From Planctomycetota bacterium (lineage in GTDB: Bacteria; Planctomycetota; PLA2; JAEUHO01), in NCBI GenBank assembly GCA_965222115.1, contig CBDCTJ010000007.1:2208001-2272000 (forward strand): 64,000 nucleotides of DNA, read 5' to 3'. Shown here one piece after another: positions 37,520 to 47,496 of the stretch. The notes beneath the pieces were generated by a model. The model was not told where the DNA came from and did not search any database. It saw only the letters and a list, made by a program, of their open reading frames with translations. A program made the position numbers and the translations under genes. Positions within the stretch are counted from its first letter, which is position 1, and every line of letters begins with the position of its first letter.

Positions 37520-39448
37520 ATGGCATCTAGTGGACTGGGCGCCACCATCGGAAGCCACTCGCTTCGCGCCATCAAGATCAAGAAGAAGGGGCGCGGCGAC
37601 TCGTTTGTTGTCCAACGCGTGTTTTCCGATCGTGTCAACGATGAAACGCGCCGCGTTGCCGGGCGCGCGCTCGCAGCGCGCGGGATCAAGGGAATACCCG
37701 CTACGGTCGGACTCACGGGTCGCGACGTCATCATTCGCTACAGCCAGATTCCACCGGTTCCCGATTGGCGTCTGCAGACATTGATGAAATTTGAGGTCGA
37801 AGAAGTCAGCAGTCAGTCCGGTGGCGATGTCTCCGCGGACTATCGCAAGCTTGACCTGCCCGATCCCGAGGGCGAACGCGACGACGACACCGTGCTCGTG
37901 GCTCTCGCACGCAACCGGCATGTAGACACGCTCATCAAGTCGCTGGACACGGGCGGACTCAAATACGGCAATGGTGTGCCCAATAGCGTGGCGCTCTTCA
38001 ATGCCTTCGCCATCAACGCCACCTACACCGACAAAGAGACCACGCTGCTCGTCAATATTGGCGCCGACAACCTCGATATGGCGATTCAGCAGGGCGGCGA
38101 GTTGATCTTCGCGCGCAATGCAACGCCCGCGGGGCAGGCCTTTACCGAGGCCATTGAGCGTGCGTTTAGCACACCGACCAACAAAGCCGAGCGCATGAAG
38201 ACCAGCAAGGCGGATGTCACGCCGAAGAGCCAAGCAAAGTATCCCGATCCCGCGTCGGAGAAAATCGCCAACGCCATCATCGGTGTGGCGGGTCAACTCG
38301 CATCGCTGATTCAGTCCACGCTCATGATTGCGCGCGCTCAAACGCGCACGCCGGGCCTCACGGTGGATCGCGTCTTGCTCAGTGGGGGCGGCGCCTCGCT
38401 AAAGGGCATCGACCTCTACCTCAAGCAAGCCATGGGGATCGACGTCGAGCGCTTTGACCCCTTCGATTTGTGTGACCTGACGCAGCTTAGCGACGACGAA
38501 CAGGCCATGATTGAGAAGGCGCCGCACGAGTTTGTGATTCCACTCGGTCTGGCGCAGACCGATCTGTCGCCCGCCGCGTTCAATCTTTCCGTCATGCCGG
38601 CCGCGCTTAAGCGCAAGCGCGACTTTGCCACCAAAGGCATCTGGGTGGCGGCTGCGGGGCTGCTCGCGCTCGGTTCGCTCTATGTGCTCTACAAGAAGCG
38701 CAGTGATGCGTCGAAAGAGTACGCCTCGAAGATCAAGGGCATCGATCGGGAGGCGGGGGCGGCCAAGAGCGCAGATAAGAAAATGCGCAATGTGCTCAAA
38801 GCCGCGCAGCAGGAGAATGTCAAACATCGGTTGCTTGCTGAGCTGACGTCACCGGGCGCGTTGCTCACCAACGTCTTGGCCGAAGTCAAGGAGGGCATCG
38901 AGGCCGTGTCGCCCCACATCTACGTGGACGACGTTCGGCTTGAAGTCTCCAAGAAGACCAACATCTTTCCCTACTACGTCCCCACGGGCAATTCGCCGGC
39001 AAGCGGATTCACCCGCGCGTCGCGCAACTACTACAACACGCGCACGCCCAAGGTGCGGGTAACGGGTCGCATCTCGGGCGGTCAACGACCCGCGCGCCTC
39101 TACGAGCAATTCGTACAGCGCTGTTTGGCCAACCAACGGGGATTGACCGTTGAGACGTTTCAGCGCTACAAGCCCGGTCGCGGGCCCAAGCAGGATGGCA
39201 CGTTCAAACTCGATTTCACGTCGGGTGTGACGCTACTACCCACCGAGAAAGACGGTCGACGCATTACGTTGACCGACCTCAAGCTCGATGAAGCCGAAGA
39301 TCCAACGGCGATCTTGGGTCGCCGCATTGACGGCATATTGGAAAGCGTGCCGCTGAAAGAAATCAACGAAGACCAACGCAATCAGCTTGTGGCCGAGCTC
39401 AAAGAGAAAGCCAAGGCGAGCGCCAACGCATCCGCCAACAACAAGTAG
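37520..39448 (+). CDS. pilM: Type IV pilus assembly protein PilM (actin-like) fused to a PilN-like TM/periplasmic region
   Basis: 'GATIGSHSLRAI', 'LLVNIGADNLD', 'GQAFTEAI...AERMK', 'VLLSGGGASLKGIDLYL...FDPF'; then 'FNLSVMP' (INLLP-like), a TM and a coiled coil; RBS AAGGAG. Confidence 0.88.
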   Translation: MASSGLGATIGSHSLRAIKIKKKGRGDSFVVQRVFSDRVNDETRRVAGRALAARGIKGIPATVGLTGRDVIIRYSQIPPVPDWRLQTLMKFEVEEVSSQSGGDVSADYRKLDLPDPEGERDDDTVLVALARNRHVDTLIKSLDTGGLKYGNGVPNSVALFNAFAINATYTDKETTLLVNIGADNLDMAIQQGGELIFARNATPAGQAFTEAIERAFSTPTNKAERMKTSKADVTPKSQAKYPDPASEKIANAIIGVAGQLASLIQSTLMIARAQTRTPGLTVDRVLLSGGGASLKGIDLYLKQAMGIDVERFDPFDLCDLTQLSDDEQAMIEKAPHEFVIPLGLAQTDLSPAAFNLSVMPAALKRKRDFATKGIWVAAAGLLALGSLYVLYKKRSDASKEYASKIKGIDREAGAAKSADKKMRNVLKAAQQENVKHRLLAELTSPGALLTNVLAEVKEGIEAVSPHIYVDDVRLEVSKKTNIFPYYVPTGNSPASGFTRASRNYYNTRTPKVRVTGRISGGQRPARLYEQFVQRCLANQRGLTVETFQRYKPGRGPKQDGTFKLDFTSGVTLLPTEKDGRRITLTDLKLDEAEDPTAILGRRIDGILESVPLKEINEDQRNQLVAELKEKAKASANASANNK

Positions 39449-39547
39449 ACCGCTCGATTCGGCTACGCCGAGTCAAGACCGATCCACCGGAATCGCAACC
39501 AACCGAGAGTCAGCAACCCAAAGGCAGTAACCAAGAGGCAGTAACAC

Positions 39548-40507
39548 GTGGACGAACTCTGGCAACGCTACCGAACATTCTGGACGCCCGTGCTGATTGG
39601 CATCGGCATCTTCCTGGCAGGCTTGATTGCTGTGCACATCATCTCCGACGACCCGGAAGATGCGGCGCGTAGGGCGAAGAGCAAAGCGCGCAAGTTAAAG
39701 AAGATGCAAAAGCCCGATTCCAGGAAGATTACGGCGCTACGCAATCAGGCGGAGGTGCTCAAGAAGCAAAACGCTGAGTGGGGTCTGCGACTGGATCAGT
39801 CGGGGAGTGGCGGTAAGCGCATGATTGAGGCGGCTGCCGAGCAGTGCCTGCGTGCCGTTCATCTGCGGGGGGCCACGTCCGACGAAGCGGCGTCGCCGAC
39901 TACGCTTGCCGCGCGCTTTGATGACGATGAGTCCGCCGCGCGGCGCGCAATTCGAAAGTACGAAGAGTCTCTAACCGCCCATGTGGAACTGCTTCGCTCC
40001 GGCGATCCGAACGTGGCGTTTAGTCGCCTGCTCAGTGAAGTCTGGGGCACCTTGCGGGTGCGCGCCAACCGCGCCGACGTCGGCATCACCCCGTCGCTTG
40101 GATTCGGCGCGGTGAGTTCGGTTAACCGCGCCACCCTTCCGGCGCGTGCACTCACTCTTGCATTGGTTGCGCGCGTCGTGGATGTCGCGATTCGCCATCG
40201 TGTGCAGTCCGTGGATCACATTCGCATTGACCCCGTACTTCGCCCTGGCAACCCCGGCGACTTCATCATGGAGTGGCCGGTGGGCTTTTCCATCACCGGT
40301 CCGGGCCCGGCCATTATGAAGATCATCGACCATGTGACCGATCCGGCTCATCCGGTTCCCATCGTGGCGAACTCAGTGATTGCTTTGCCCAAGGGACGCC
40401 GCGCAGGTGCCCTCTCCGGCCTCGTTCAAGTCGACATCACACTGGCCAGCACCGTGGTGCGCCCGGATGTCAATCTCAATCTCTCAAAAGAAGATGAGGA
40501 CGCCTAA
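39548..40507 (+). CDS. PilO/GspM-like bitopic assembly protein
   Basis: Position after pilM; N-terminal TM, coiled coil and a ferredoxin-like C-terminus 'EWPVGFSITGPGPAIMKIIDHV...LVQVDITL'. Confidence 0.55.
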   Translation: MDELWQRYRTFWTPVLIGIGIFLAGLIAVHIISDDPEDAARRAKSKARKLKKMQKPDSRKITALRNQAEVLKKQNAEWGLRLDQSGSGGKRMIEAAAEQCLRAVHLRGATSDEAASPTTLAARFDDDESAARRAIRKYEESLTAHVELLRSGDPNVAFSRLLSEVWGTLRVRANRADVGITPSLGFGAVSSVNRATLPARALTLALVARVVDVAIRHRVQSVDHIRIDPVLRPGNPGDFIMEWPVGFSITGPGPAIMKIIDHVTDPAHPVPIVANSVIALPKGRRAGALSGLVQVDITLASTVVRPDVNLNLSKEDEDA

Positions 40508-40509
40508 CC

Positions 40510-43500
40510 ATGGTTTCGCTTCATTCCACATTGGCGAGCGCGTTTGATGGCGTGTTGTTGACGCCCGTCTTTGCCGGTGCATTTACAACGTTCCTCTTGT
40601 TCGTAGCGCTCGGCATTGGCGCGTTGTTCTTTACGGCCGCACTAGACGGTTCCTTGGGCAAAGAGAAAGCGCTGTTGCTCTACGCGGGACTCGTATTGTT
40701 GCTTACCATGTTCGTCATCGGGCCGGCGGCAGCAAAGGGTGCCAAGAAGGGACGGGCGGGCGCCGAAGACAAGGTTCCTGCCTCGGAACTCGATCAGCAA
40801 GGAAATCCGTTTCATCGCGAGGTGCTTGGTCCCGATGTTGAGTTCGCCACCGAAAACGACAGCGGTGACGACTCACGCAACATCTTTCAGAAGTACTCCG
40901 ATACCCGCCCCTTAGCGCCCATCGCACTGGCCACCCCGCCGTGGCTAAAGCTCGACTTTCATCTGCCGCCCACCATTCCCGGACCGGCGCCCGGTGCTCG
41001 ACACGTGCTGCGCGGGCAACGACCCGGGCCATCAGCAAGTGAGGGCGAAGAAGGTGATGACGAAGACGGCGAGAGCATGCCCGAAGGGGATGGATCGCTA
41101 GGGGAGGTCCCCACGGCCAGCTTCACAACGTATGAGCCGCAACCTGCCGATGTTTACGATTGGGTTCTGCAGGGATCGAGACCGCAGTACATCTACATTC
41201 GCGCCATTAACGCGGGGTCAGGTTGGGTCGGCGAGGGGGCGCCCGGCTTTCGGGATCTCCTGTGGTCGTTGGCCAAGCCCAGTGGCTCAGATCGCGATCG
41301 TCTAAACGTGCGCTTCGCCGTCATTGGTGGGGAATCGGAAGCCGCAAAGCGACTTGCGCCCGAGGCCATCGTGAAGGCGCGCGGGTCCTCCGTGACCACG
41401 GCACGCGCCACCGACAAGCCGCGTTGGTTCTTGCGCCGCTCCGTGGACAATCTCTATCTCGCGGCCACGCGAAGCAATGGCATTACGGATCTCAGCGGTG
41501 CCACCGATGCAGGCGCGCTCACCCGTGCCGCGGAGGAGATGGCGAAGGTTGGCGCGACGGGCAAAGAGTTTGGCGAGGGGTGGCGACGCGCTGCCGAGTT
41601 GCTCGAAGCTGCATTGACCATTGCCGAGAAGTCCGGCAGTACCGCACAACAGACGGCGATACTTACCAATCTTCTCAAGGCCTACCGCGCCACCAACGAC
41701 GAGCAGTCCGAACTGCGCGTGCTTGCCAAATATGCCCGCACGAGTCCAACCGCTAGTGAAGCATGGTCGTCGATTGGCGACTTGTTCGTAACAGCCCTCA
41801 ATCTTCCCAAGGAAGCGCTCCCGTACTACGAGCGTGCTATTCAGCTCGACTCCCGAAATGCAAGGGCCATCATTGGACGCGGGCGCGCCCTCAGTCTCGC
41901 GGGGCGTTACGACGACGGTCTGGACGTGCTGCGAAACACACCCGGTGGCAATCCCGACGCCGAAGCCGCGCGGGCCATGGCGCAACTGCGTGTGGGCAAA
42001 CTCGATGAGGCAAAGTCCACCGCCGAGCGCGTTCTTTCGAGCAACGCCGACCATGCACAGGCGATGCTTGTGCGCGGTGCAGTGTTTTATGCAAAGGGTG
42101 AACTCGAAGCGGCGCTACCTGTGTTTCAGCAAGTCTTGGTCATGCCGAGTGCCCAGGCATGGCGCGCTATGGCGGCCTACAATTTGGGTCTTACTGCCAC
42201 GCGCATGAATCGCTTCGCTATGGCATCCGCTGCGTTCGATGCGGCCGACAAGGCGTTGCTCTTTGGGTCTCGTTCGGCGCTTTCGCCCGAGGAAACAGTG
42301 GCGCCCTCCCTGGGCCGTGCGTTTCTCGCCCTTGCCAAGGGGGATGAGGCCGACATAACAACGCAACTGGATTCGGCGCGCAATGAGGCGCCGCGCTCGG
42401 CTTATGTCGATCTCTTTGCCGCGCAGTACTTTGCTGGACAGCCCCTGTCACAAAGTGCCGCGGCGTTCCGCCATCTCACGGATGCATTTCGAAAGTCCAA
42501 GGGCTACGGCGAGATCGACGGCTGGATGGGCAAAGTATGTTCCGAGTTGGGTGTGCTCGAAGGCGCCGAGGGCGGTGGAGAGTCTCGCGCCGGCAACTTT
42601 GAACGCGCGGTGGCGTTCATGAAGCGCATTGCCGATCGGGAAGACAAGCGCGATCGCGATGCCTTTGCCATGCGTGTGCGCGAGGCCATGGTGCGCATCA
42701 ACCGCACCGATCTACCCCGACGTCGGCGCTATACTGAAGCGCTGGATGCTGTCAATATGGTGCTGAAGAAGAACCAACGCCGCGAAGAGCCGTCTGCGCT
42801 TGCGGTGCGCGCGTATTGCAACTACCAGTTGGCCGATTACGACCAATGCATTCGCGACTTTGACAATATTCTCTCCACCGTTCCTGCCGATGCCACCGAT
42901 TGGCGCCGTGCGTTTCGCGACTATGCCGAAGAACAGCGCGCGGCGGTCAACAAGTGGCGCTCGCTCGAAGTCAAGACAGTCACCTTTGATCAGGACCAAC
43001 TTCCGCGAGATCTCTGGCGCCCCGATGAGAGCGGCAGGGTGAAGATTCGCTCCGGCGATGGATGGCTACACTTCGTCGGGCAATCTTCGCGAGACGGATC
43101 GTTGGAGAAGCCGGTCGTTGCCGTCAACAACCCCACGTTGTTTGATAAGAACAGCTTTGTTGAGTTGGCGGTCGTCCTCAAGATTCCCAAGATGGACCGC
43201 AGCGCGGCCGTGAACAACGTCACCTTTGGCATTGAAGTCATGCGCGCGTCGAGGCGTGGTCGCAGCTCCAGCAGCAAGAGTATGGGCGGTATCGGCATCT
43301 TCTACGACAAGGGCCGTGTTGCTGCGCGCAGTGCGAAGGGCAGCGAAGATGCCTTCAAAGATGCGGTGATCCATCGGTTGCTTGACGACGGCGCCGAGGT
43401 GGATTGGCCGGATGGAAACGACGGTGAGGTGGAAGTGCGCTTTGTGCGCGAAGTCGACGAGAAGGGCACCATGGTGGTCTATATCGACGGCAAAGAATTT

Positions 43501-43629
43501 CACCGCGACGACATCTCAACCTTCAAGCGCTCCAATGGATCTGCGGCGTTGTGGATCGGGGGCTTCTCAACGCAAGCCCAAAAATTCGACATCCGCGTGG
43601 GCCAAATCCGCGTGATTCGTCGCCGATAG
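40510..43629 (+). CDS. Large membrane-anchored TPR protein with C-terminal beta-sandwich-like domain
   Basis: Two N-terminal TM segments, a Pro-rich and acidic linker, TPRs 'EALPYYERAIQLDSRNARAIIGRG' and 'AMLVRGAVFYAKGELEAA', and a beta-rich C-terminus. Confidence 0.8.
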   Translation: MVSLHSTLASAFDGVLLTPVFAGAFTTFLLFVALGIGALFFTAALDGSLGKEKALLLYAGLVLLLTMFVIGPAAAKGAKKGRAGAEDKVPASELDQQGNPFHREVLGPDVEFATENDSGDDSRNIFQKYSDTRPLAPIALATPPWLKLDFHLPPTIPGPAPGARHVLRGQRPGPSASEGEEGDDEDGESMPEGDGSLGEVPTASFTTYEPQPADVYDWVLQGSRPQYIYIRAINAGSGWVGEGAPGFRDLLWSLAKPSGSDRDRLNVRFAVIGGESEAAKRLAPEAIVKARGSSVTTARATDKPRWFLRRSVDNLYLAATRSNGITDLSGATDAGALTRAAEEMAKVGATGKEFGEGWRRAAELLEAALTIAEKSGSTAQQTAILTNLLKAYRATNDEQSELRVLAKYARTSPTASEAWSSIGDLFVTALNLPKEALPYYERAIQLDSRNARAIIGRGRALSLAGRYDDGLDVLRNTPGGNPDAEAARAMAQLRVGKLDEAKSTAERVLSSNADHAQAMLVRGAVFYAKGELEAALPVFQQVLVMPSAQAWRAMAAYNLGLTATRMNRFAMASAAFDAADKALLFGSRSALSPEETVAPSLGRAFLALAKGDEADITTQLDSARNEAPRSAYVDLFAAQYFAGQPLSQSAAAFRHLTDAFRKSKGYGEIDGWMGKVCSELGVLEGAEGGGESRAGNFERAVAFMKRIADREDKRDRDAFAMRVREAMVRINRTDLPRRRRYTEALDAVNMVLKKNQRREEPSALAVRAYCNYQLADYDQCIRDFDNILSTVPADATDWRRAFRDYAEEQRAAVNKWRSLEVKTVTFDQDQLPRDLWRPDESGRVKIRSGDGWLHFVGQSSRDGSLEKPVVAVNNPTLFDKNSFVELAVVLKIPKMDRSAAVNNVTFGIEVMRASRRGRSSSSKSMGGIGIFYDKGRVAARSAKGSEDAFKDAVIHRLLDDGAEVDWPDGNDGEVEVRFVREVDEKGTMVVYIDGKEFHRDDISTFKRSNGSAALWIGGFSTQAQKFDIRVGQIRVIRRR

Positions 43630-43646
43630 AAATAGGTAGGTCGGTT

Positions 43647-44342
43647 ATGCAGCAACAAGCAACGAATGAGCAAGGCACGAACGGATGTCGTCCCGCGCGC
43701 GAAGCGGGATTTTCATTCATCGAGATCTTGGTCGTCATGGGCATCATTGCCGTGCTCACCGGCGGCGTGCTGGTGGTGGTCCAGATCATGGGCAAGAAAG
43801 GACCTCAGTTCGATACCCAGACTCGGATGCAGAATCTCGATGCGCTGATTCAGAAATTCAAAATGGACACGGGCACGCATCCGCCCAGCAAAGTCAGCAA
43901 GATTGGCTACATCGTTGGGAGCGAGAAGAAAGCCAAGGGCGAAAACCGCGTCAATGAGGGCATCGAGGCGCTCTACCAAGCACTCACCTGGGAGGGCATC
44001 AAGACAAACTACGACTTCAAGGAAGTTGAACTTGGCAACACCGACGATGACAAGTTGCGTAAAGCGGTGAACAAGCTGAATCAAGCCGAGCTGTATGAGA
44101 TCTTGGATGGCTATGGCAATCCGTTTGTCTACATCCCTAGTGAGGACTACGTGAAGGCCTTTGAAGGGGGCGTGCCCTATATATCGGTCAATGAAGAGGG
44201 TGAAGAAGACGAGCCTCTTGCCAAGCCCCACAAGCGCAGCGACGGCACCGGCTTTGTCAACCCCAGCAGCTATCAGCTCTACAGCATGGGCCCTGACGGC
44301 GAGCCCAATACCGAAGACGACATCGCACCCTGGAAGGAATAA
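43647..44342 (+). CDS. Type IV prepilin, GspG-like major pseudopilin
   Basis: Class III signal 'AREAG|FSFIEILVVMGIIAVL'; 'LDGYGNPFVY' and 'YQLYSMGPDGEPNTEDDIAPW' (GspG Ca-binding-loop pattern); ATG 43647. Confidence 0.88.
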   Translation: MQQQATNEQGTNGCRPAREAGFSFIEILVVMGIIAVLTGGVLVVVQIMGKKGPQFDTQTRMQNLDALIQKFKMDTGTHPPSKVSKIGYIVGSEKKAKGENRVNEGIEALYQALTWEGIKTNYDFKEVELGNTDDDKLRKAVNKLNQAELYEILDGYGNPFVYIPSEDYVKAFEGGVPYISVNEEGEEDEPLAKPHKRSDGTGFVNPSSYQLYSMGPDGEPNTEDDIAPWKE

Positions 44343-44347
44343 GTTTC

Positions 44348-45553
44348 CTGAAGCGACGCCCCGCCACCTTCCGATTCACTTCACACGCGCCTGCTGCCAG
44401 TCGCGAACGGGGATTTTCGTTTCTTGAGCTGCTGCTCGTCATGGCTGTCATGGCCATGTTGATGGGACTAGCGATTGGGCTCATTTCGCCCGCAGGCGCA
44501 ACGCTCATCAAACAGTCGCAATCCATCCTCGAAGAGACCGCGCGCAAATGTATAGGCGCCAGCGTTGGCAATCGACGCGCCGTATTTCAGCTGCGCCAAC
44601 TGGACGACGAACTCGGGTCCCCCTATCTCCAAGTGTCGGGCACCATTGCACAGACCGTGCTTACCCACAATTTCGAAACGCCCACCGAGGCCAGCTTGGG
44701 CACGATTGCCGAAATGGAAGGCACGGTAAAGAGCATCTCCGACGGCTACGTGGGCAACGCGGCACAGTTCGCGGGCGGGGGCGTGCTGCGATTTTCTGCC
44801 CAACCCAAGTTTGCCATGACCGAGGGCTTTGCACTCGACGTGTGGGTGCGACCCGAAGGCGGCAGCCAGGAGATGGATATTGTTGTGGGCGACTCAAGCT
44901 ATCGCCTCTCCTTGGTTCGCCCAGGCAAAGACGAGCGATACGACGTCAAGCTCTCACTCCTGCTACGGCCCGTGGGTGCCGACCCGCGCGAGACCGCAGC
45001 GCAGGAAGTTTCGTTTGCAACCAAGGACGCGCCGGTTCGCGTAAACGGTCGGTGGTCGCATATTGAAGTGGAATACGACGGTCGTGATGTGTCGCTGCGT
45101 GTCAATGGCATGGAGCGCATCACCACGGGGCGTAAGAAACGCACCGAGGGCAGCGTCCAACTTTCGGAGTTGCGTCGCATTGCCGTGCCCGAACTTGGCG
45201 CCGTGGCGCTTTCCATTTCCTCCACCCGGCGTCCGTTTACCGGCGCCATGGACATGTTGCAGTTGCGTGGCACATTTCGGTCACGTGAGTTGGAACGAAG
45301 GCTTGCACCGGAACTCACCATCATCTCGCCCACGTTGCCCGTGCGCGTTGTCTATGTAAACGGTCAAATGGACCCGACCTTGCACTCGGCGCCGGTTATT
45401 ATGCGTTTTCGCGACGAGAACGAGCCCGACGATCTCCCCTTGCGCCTCATACTTGGACCCTACGGCACGGTAGAGGCCGGCTTAGGCGATGCCGAAACGA
45501 GTTCACGCGCCAAGCCGCGCGTCTCGAGTTCGCGAAAGAAGGAGGGCTCGTAA
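44348..45553 (+). CDS. Prepilin with LamG/concanavalin A-like domain; probable CTG start
   Basis: In frame upstream of the ORF-track ATG (44441) the sequence reads 'RERG|FSFLELLLVM' (44402-44443). CTG 44348 follows AAGGA. LamG-like 'FALDVWVRP', 'RWSHIEVEYDGRDVSLRVNG', 'FTGAMD'. Confidence 0.78.
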   Translation: MKRRPATFRFTSHAPAASRERGFSFLELLLVMAVMAMLMGLAIGLISPAGATLIKQSQSILEETARKCIGASVGNRRAVFQLRQLDDELGSPYLQVSGTIAQTVLTHNFETPTEASLGTIAEMEGTVKSISDGYVGNAAQFAGGGVLRFSAQPKFAMTEGFALDVWVRPEGGSQEMDIVVGDSSYRLSLVRPGKDERYDVKLSLLLRPVGADPRETAAQEVSFATKDAPVRVNGRWSHIEVEYDGRDVSLRVNGMERITTGRKKRTEGSVQLSELRRIAVPELGAVALSISSTRRPFTGAMDMLQLRGTFRSRELERRLAPELTIISPTLPVRVVYVNGQMDPTLHSAPVIMRFRDENEPDDLPLRLILGPYGTVEAGLGDAETSSRAKPRVSSSRKKEGS

Positions 45554-46818
45554 TGGCGCTCCGACCGACCGCAATCAAGTCGTTTCGCGGTGATCGAACA
45601 CCTCACGGCTTCACCATGTTGGAGCTGTTGATCGCCATGTCGATCTTCACGGTGCTAGGCACCATGGCGATCTACTTCATGCGTAACAGCCTCGACATTT
45701 TCAATCAGGGCACGTCAGAGTTGGCCAAACTCGATCGCGCCGACATTGTCCTGCCCAAGATCGTGGACGACCTAGCGGGTCTCTATATCGGTGACGATTG
45801 GGATCCGCCCACGCCACCACCCGAAGAAGATGCGTTGCTGAATGCGGGCATGTCCAAACCGCCGCCACCACCCCCCAATGCGATTCGCTTCCGCTCTGGC
45901 TTTGTGAAGCTCACGGACGGCGTATTCAAGGACTATCCCTGCCCCTACTTCGCATTCATTCAGGCCACAGGTAGTGAGTGGCGCGACGCATCGCTGCGAC
46001 GTTCGGGTGAGACGATCGACGAAAAGGCACTCGACTACACGCCCACCACGCGCGAGAAATCCGATGGGTCTACCCAGTTCAAACCCATGGGCGGACTCAT
46101 GGAAGTTTGTTACATCGCGATTCCTCAGAGCGAATCGCAGTCGTCGTTGCTAACGCTCTATCGCGGCTTCCGTGCGCCCATTGGTAGTCCCAGCGGCTCG
46201 CTCCTCGATCCCGCCAACCTCGATACCACCGACAAGGTCAAAGCCGCATGCCGACCCATTGCCCGCGACCTTGTTCACTTTGGCGCGCTTTGGCGGCGCA
46301 GCTTTTCGACGTCGTGGGATCGTTTCCAGGGTGGAACCGGCAGCGAAACCGATCCCTATGTGGGCGAAGTGTGGGACTCCACGCGCGGGCTCGACCCCAA
46401 GTGGCAGTTCTTCCGTGGCAAGGACAGTGCGTCCGACAATAGCGACGACATTTTCCCGGCCTTTGTGCGCTTGGAGGTCACGCTTCAAGGTACGGGTCTC
46501 TTTGGGCAGGGCCGGGGCGAAACGCGAACCCTCGACGTCCTTAACACCGAGGATCGTGAACTTCGCGTGCATGATGTTGATTTTCTGATTCGTCCAGGCC
46601 CCGACAAGATTCGATACCTCAAGATCGGGTCCGAGTGGATGCGCTATCACGTGGACGACGTCGAGTACCAGGCGAAGAAAGTACGCGTTCACCGCGCCCA
46701 GCGCGGGACGTCGAAGTTTCTGCATAAGGAAGGTTCGTGGATTTACATCGGTAACCCGTTTACACGTGATATGCGGCTACCCGTTACGCGGGACCGATTT
46801 GTGGTGAAGAAACAATGA
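45553..46818 (+). CDS. Prepilin, minor pseudopilin (GspJ/PilW-like position)
   Basis: 'PHG|FTMLELLIAMSIFTVLG'; TAATG coupling to the upstream gene. Confidence 0.85.
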   Translation: MALRPTAIKSFRGDRTPHGFTMLELLIAMSIFTVLGTMAIYFMRNSLDIFNQGTSELAKLDRADIVLPKIVDDLAGLYIGDDWDPPTPPPEEDALLNAGMSKPPPPPPNAIRFRSGFVKLTDGVFKDYPCPYFAFIQATGSEWRDASLRRSGETIDEKALDYTPTTREKSDGSTQFKPMGGLMEVCYIAIPQSESQSSLLTLYRGFRAPIGSPSGSLLDPANLDTTDKVKAACRPIARDLVHFGALWRRSFSTSWDRFQGGTGSETDPYVGEVWDSTRGLDPKWQFFRGKDSASDNSDDIFPAFVRLEVTLQGTGLFGQGRGETRTLDVLNTEDRELRVHDVDFLIRPGPDKIRYLKIGSEWMRYHVDDVEYQAKKVRVHRAQRGTSKFLHKEGSWIYIGNPFTRDMRLPVTRDRFVVKKQ

Positions 46819-47279
46819 GCACGATGAGCGACACCACATTCCGCACGCCCACGCGCGCCGCGAGCGCCGACGGCTTCACGTTTATCGAAGTGTTGATGGC
46901 ACTGGGCATATTCATTGTGGGCAGCGTGGGCATTGTCGCGCTGTTCGCGCAGGGCGTAGACAGTCAGGTACGGCGACGCTTGAGTTCTAAGGCCGTACAG
47001 GTTCGCCCCGAAGTAGACACCATTGTGCAGGATGCAATTGACAAGTCGCGCCCTGGGGTTTCTCCGCCGCTCATCAAAGACAAACCACTCTCGGTACGGG
47101 GCTTTTCGCTCGACGTGCGGTGGCGACCCAATCCTTGGAACGAGTCGACGATGATCGCGTTTCCCACGCTGCTCTTCGAAGGCCGTCGTTTCGAAGCGCT
47201 ACCACCCATTATGGTGACCCGCTCCACACTGGATCCTTCGCTACTTACGCAACCGCCAGGCGGGGGAGGTGGCAACTGA
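46815..47279 (+). CDS. Prepilin, small minor pilin (PilV/GspI-like)
   Basis: 'ADG|FTFIEVLMALGIFIVGSVGIVALF'; ATGA overlap with the upstream gene. Confidence 0.85.
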   Translation: MSTMSDTTFRTPTRAASADGFTFIEVLMALGIFIVGSVGIVALFAQGVDSQVRRRLSSKAVQVRPEVDTIVQDAIDKSRPGVSPPLIKDKPLSVRGFSLDVRWRPNPWNESTMIAFPTLLFEGRRFEALPPIMVTRSTLDPSLLTQPPGGGGGN

Positions 47280-47496
47280 GTTACCCAGCCCACCATCTTA
47301 TTCGGTTGTTTGTAGCCGGTTCGCGGATCGAGACACGTTCTGTTGAAAAGCGGTGTGTCCCAGATCTGTTTTCTTCGGATACACCTAATAAGGATCGAGC
47401 CGGAGCTGTTCCGCTTGCGAACGTTCCTCAGTTTGTGAGCGCGAGTCAAGTTTGTGCTGTGATCGTTTCGATCGCTCCCGAAAGAAAGGTGATGTC

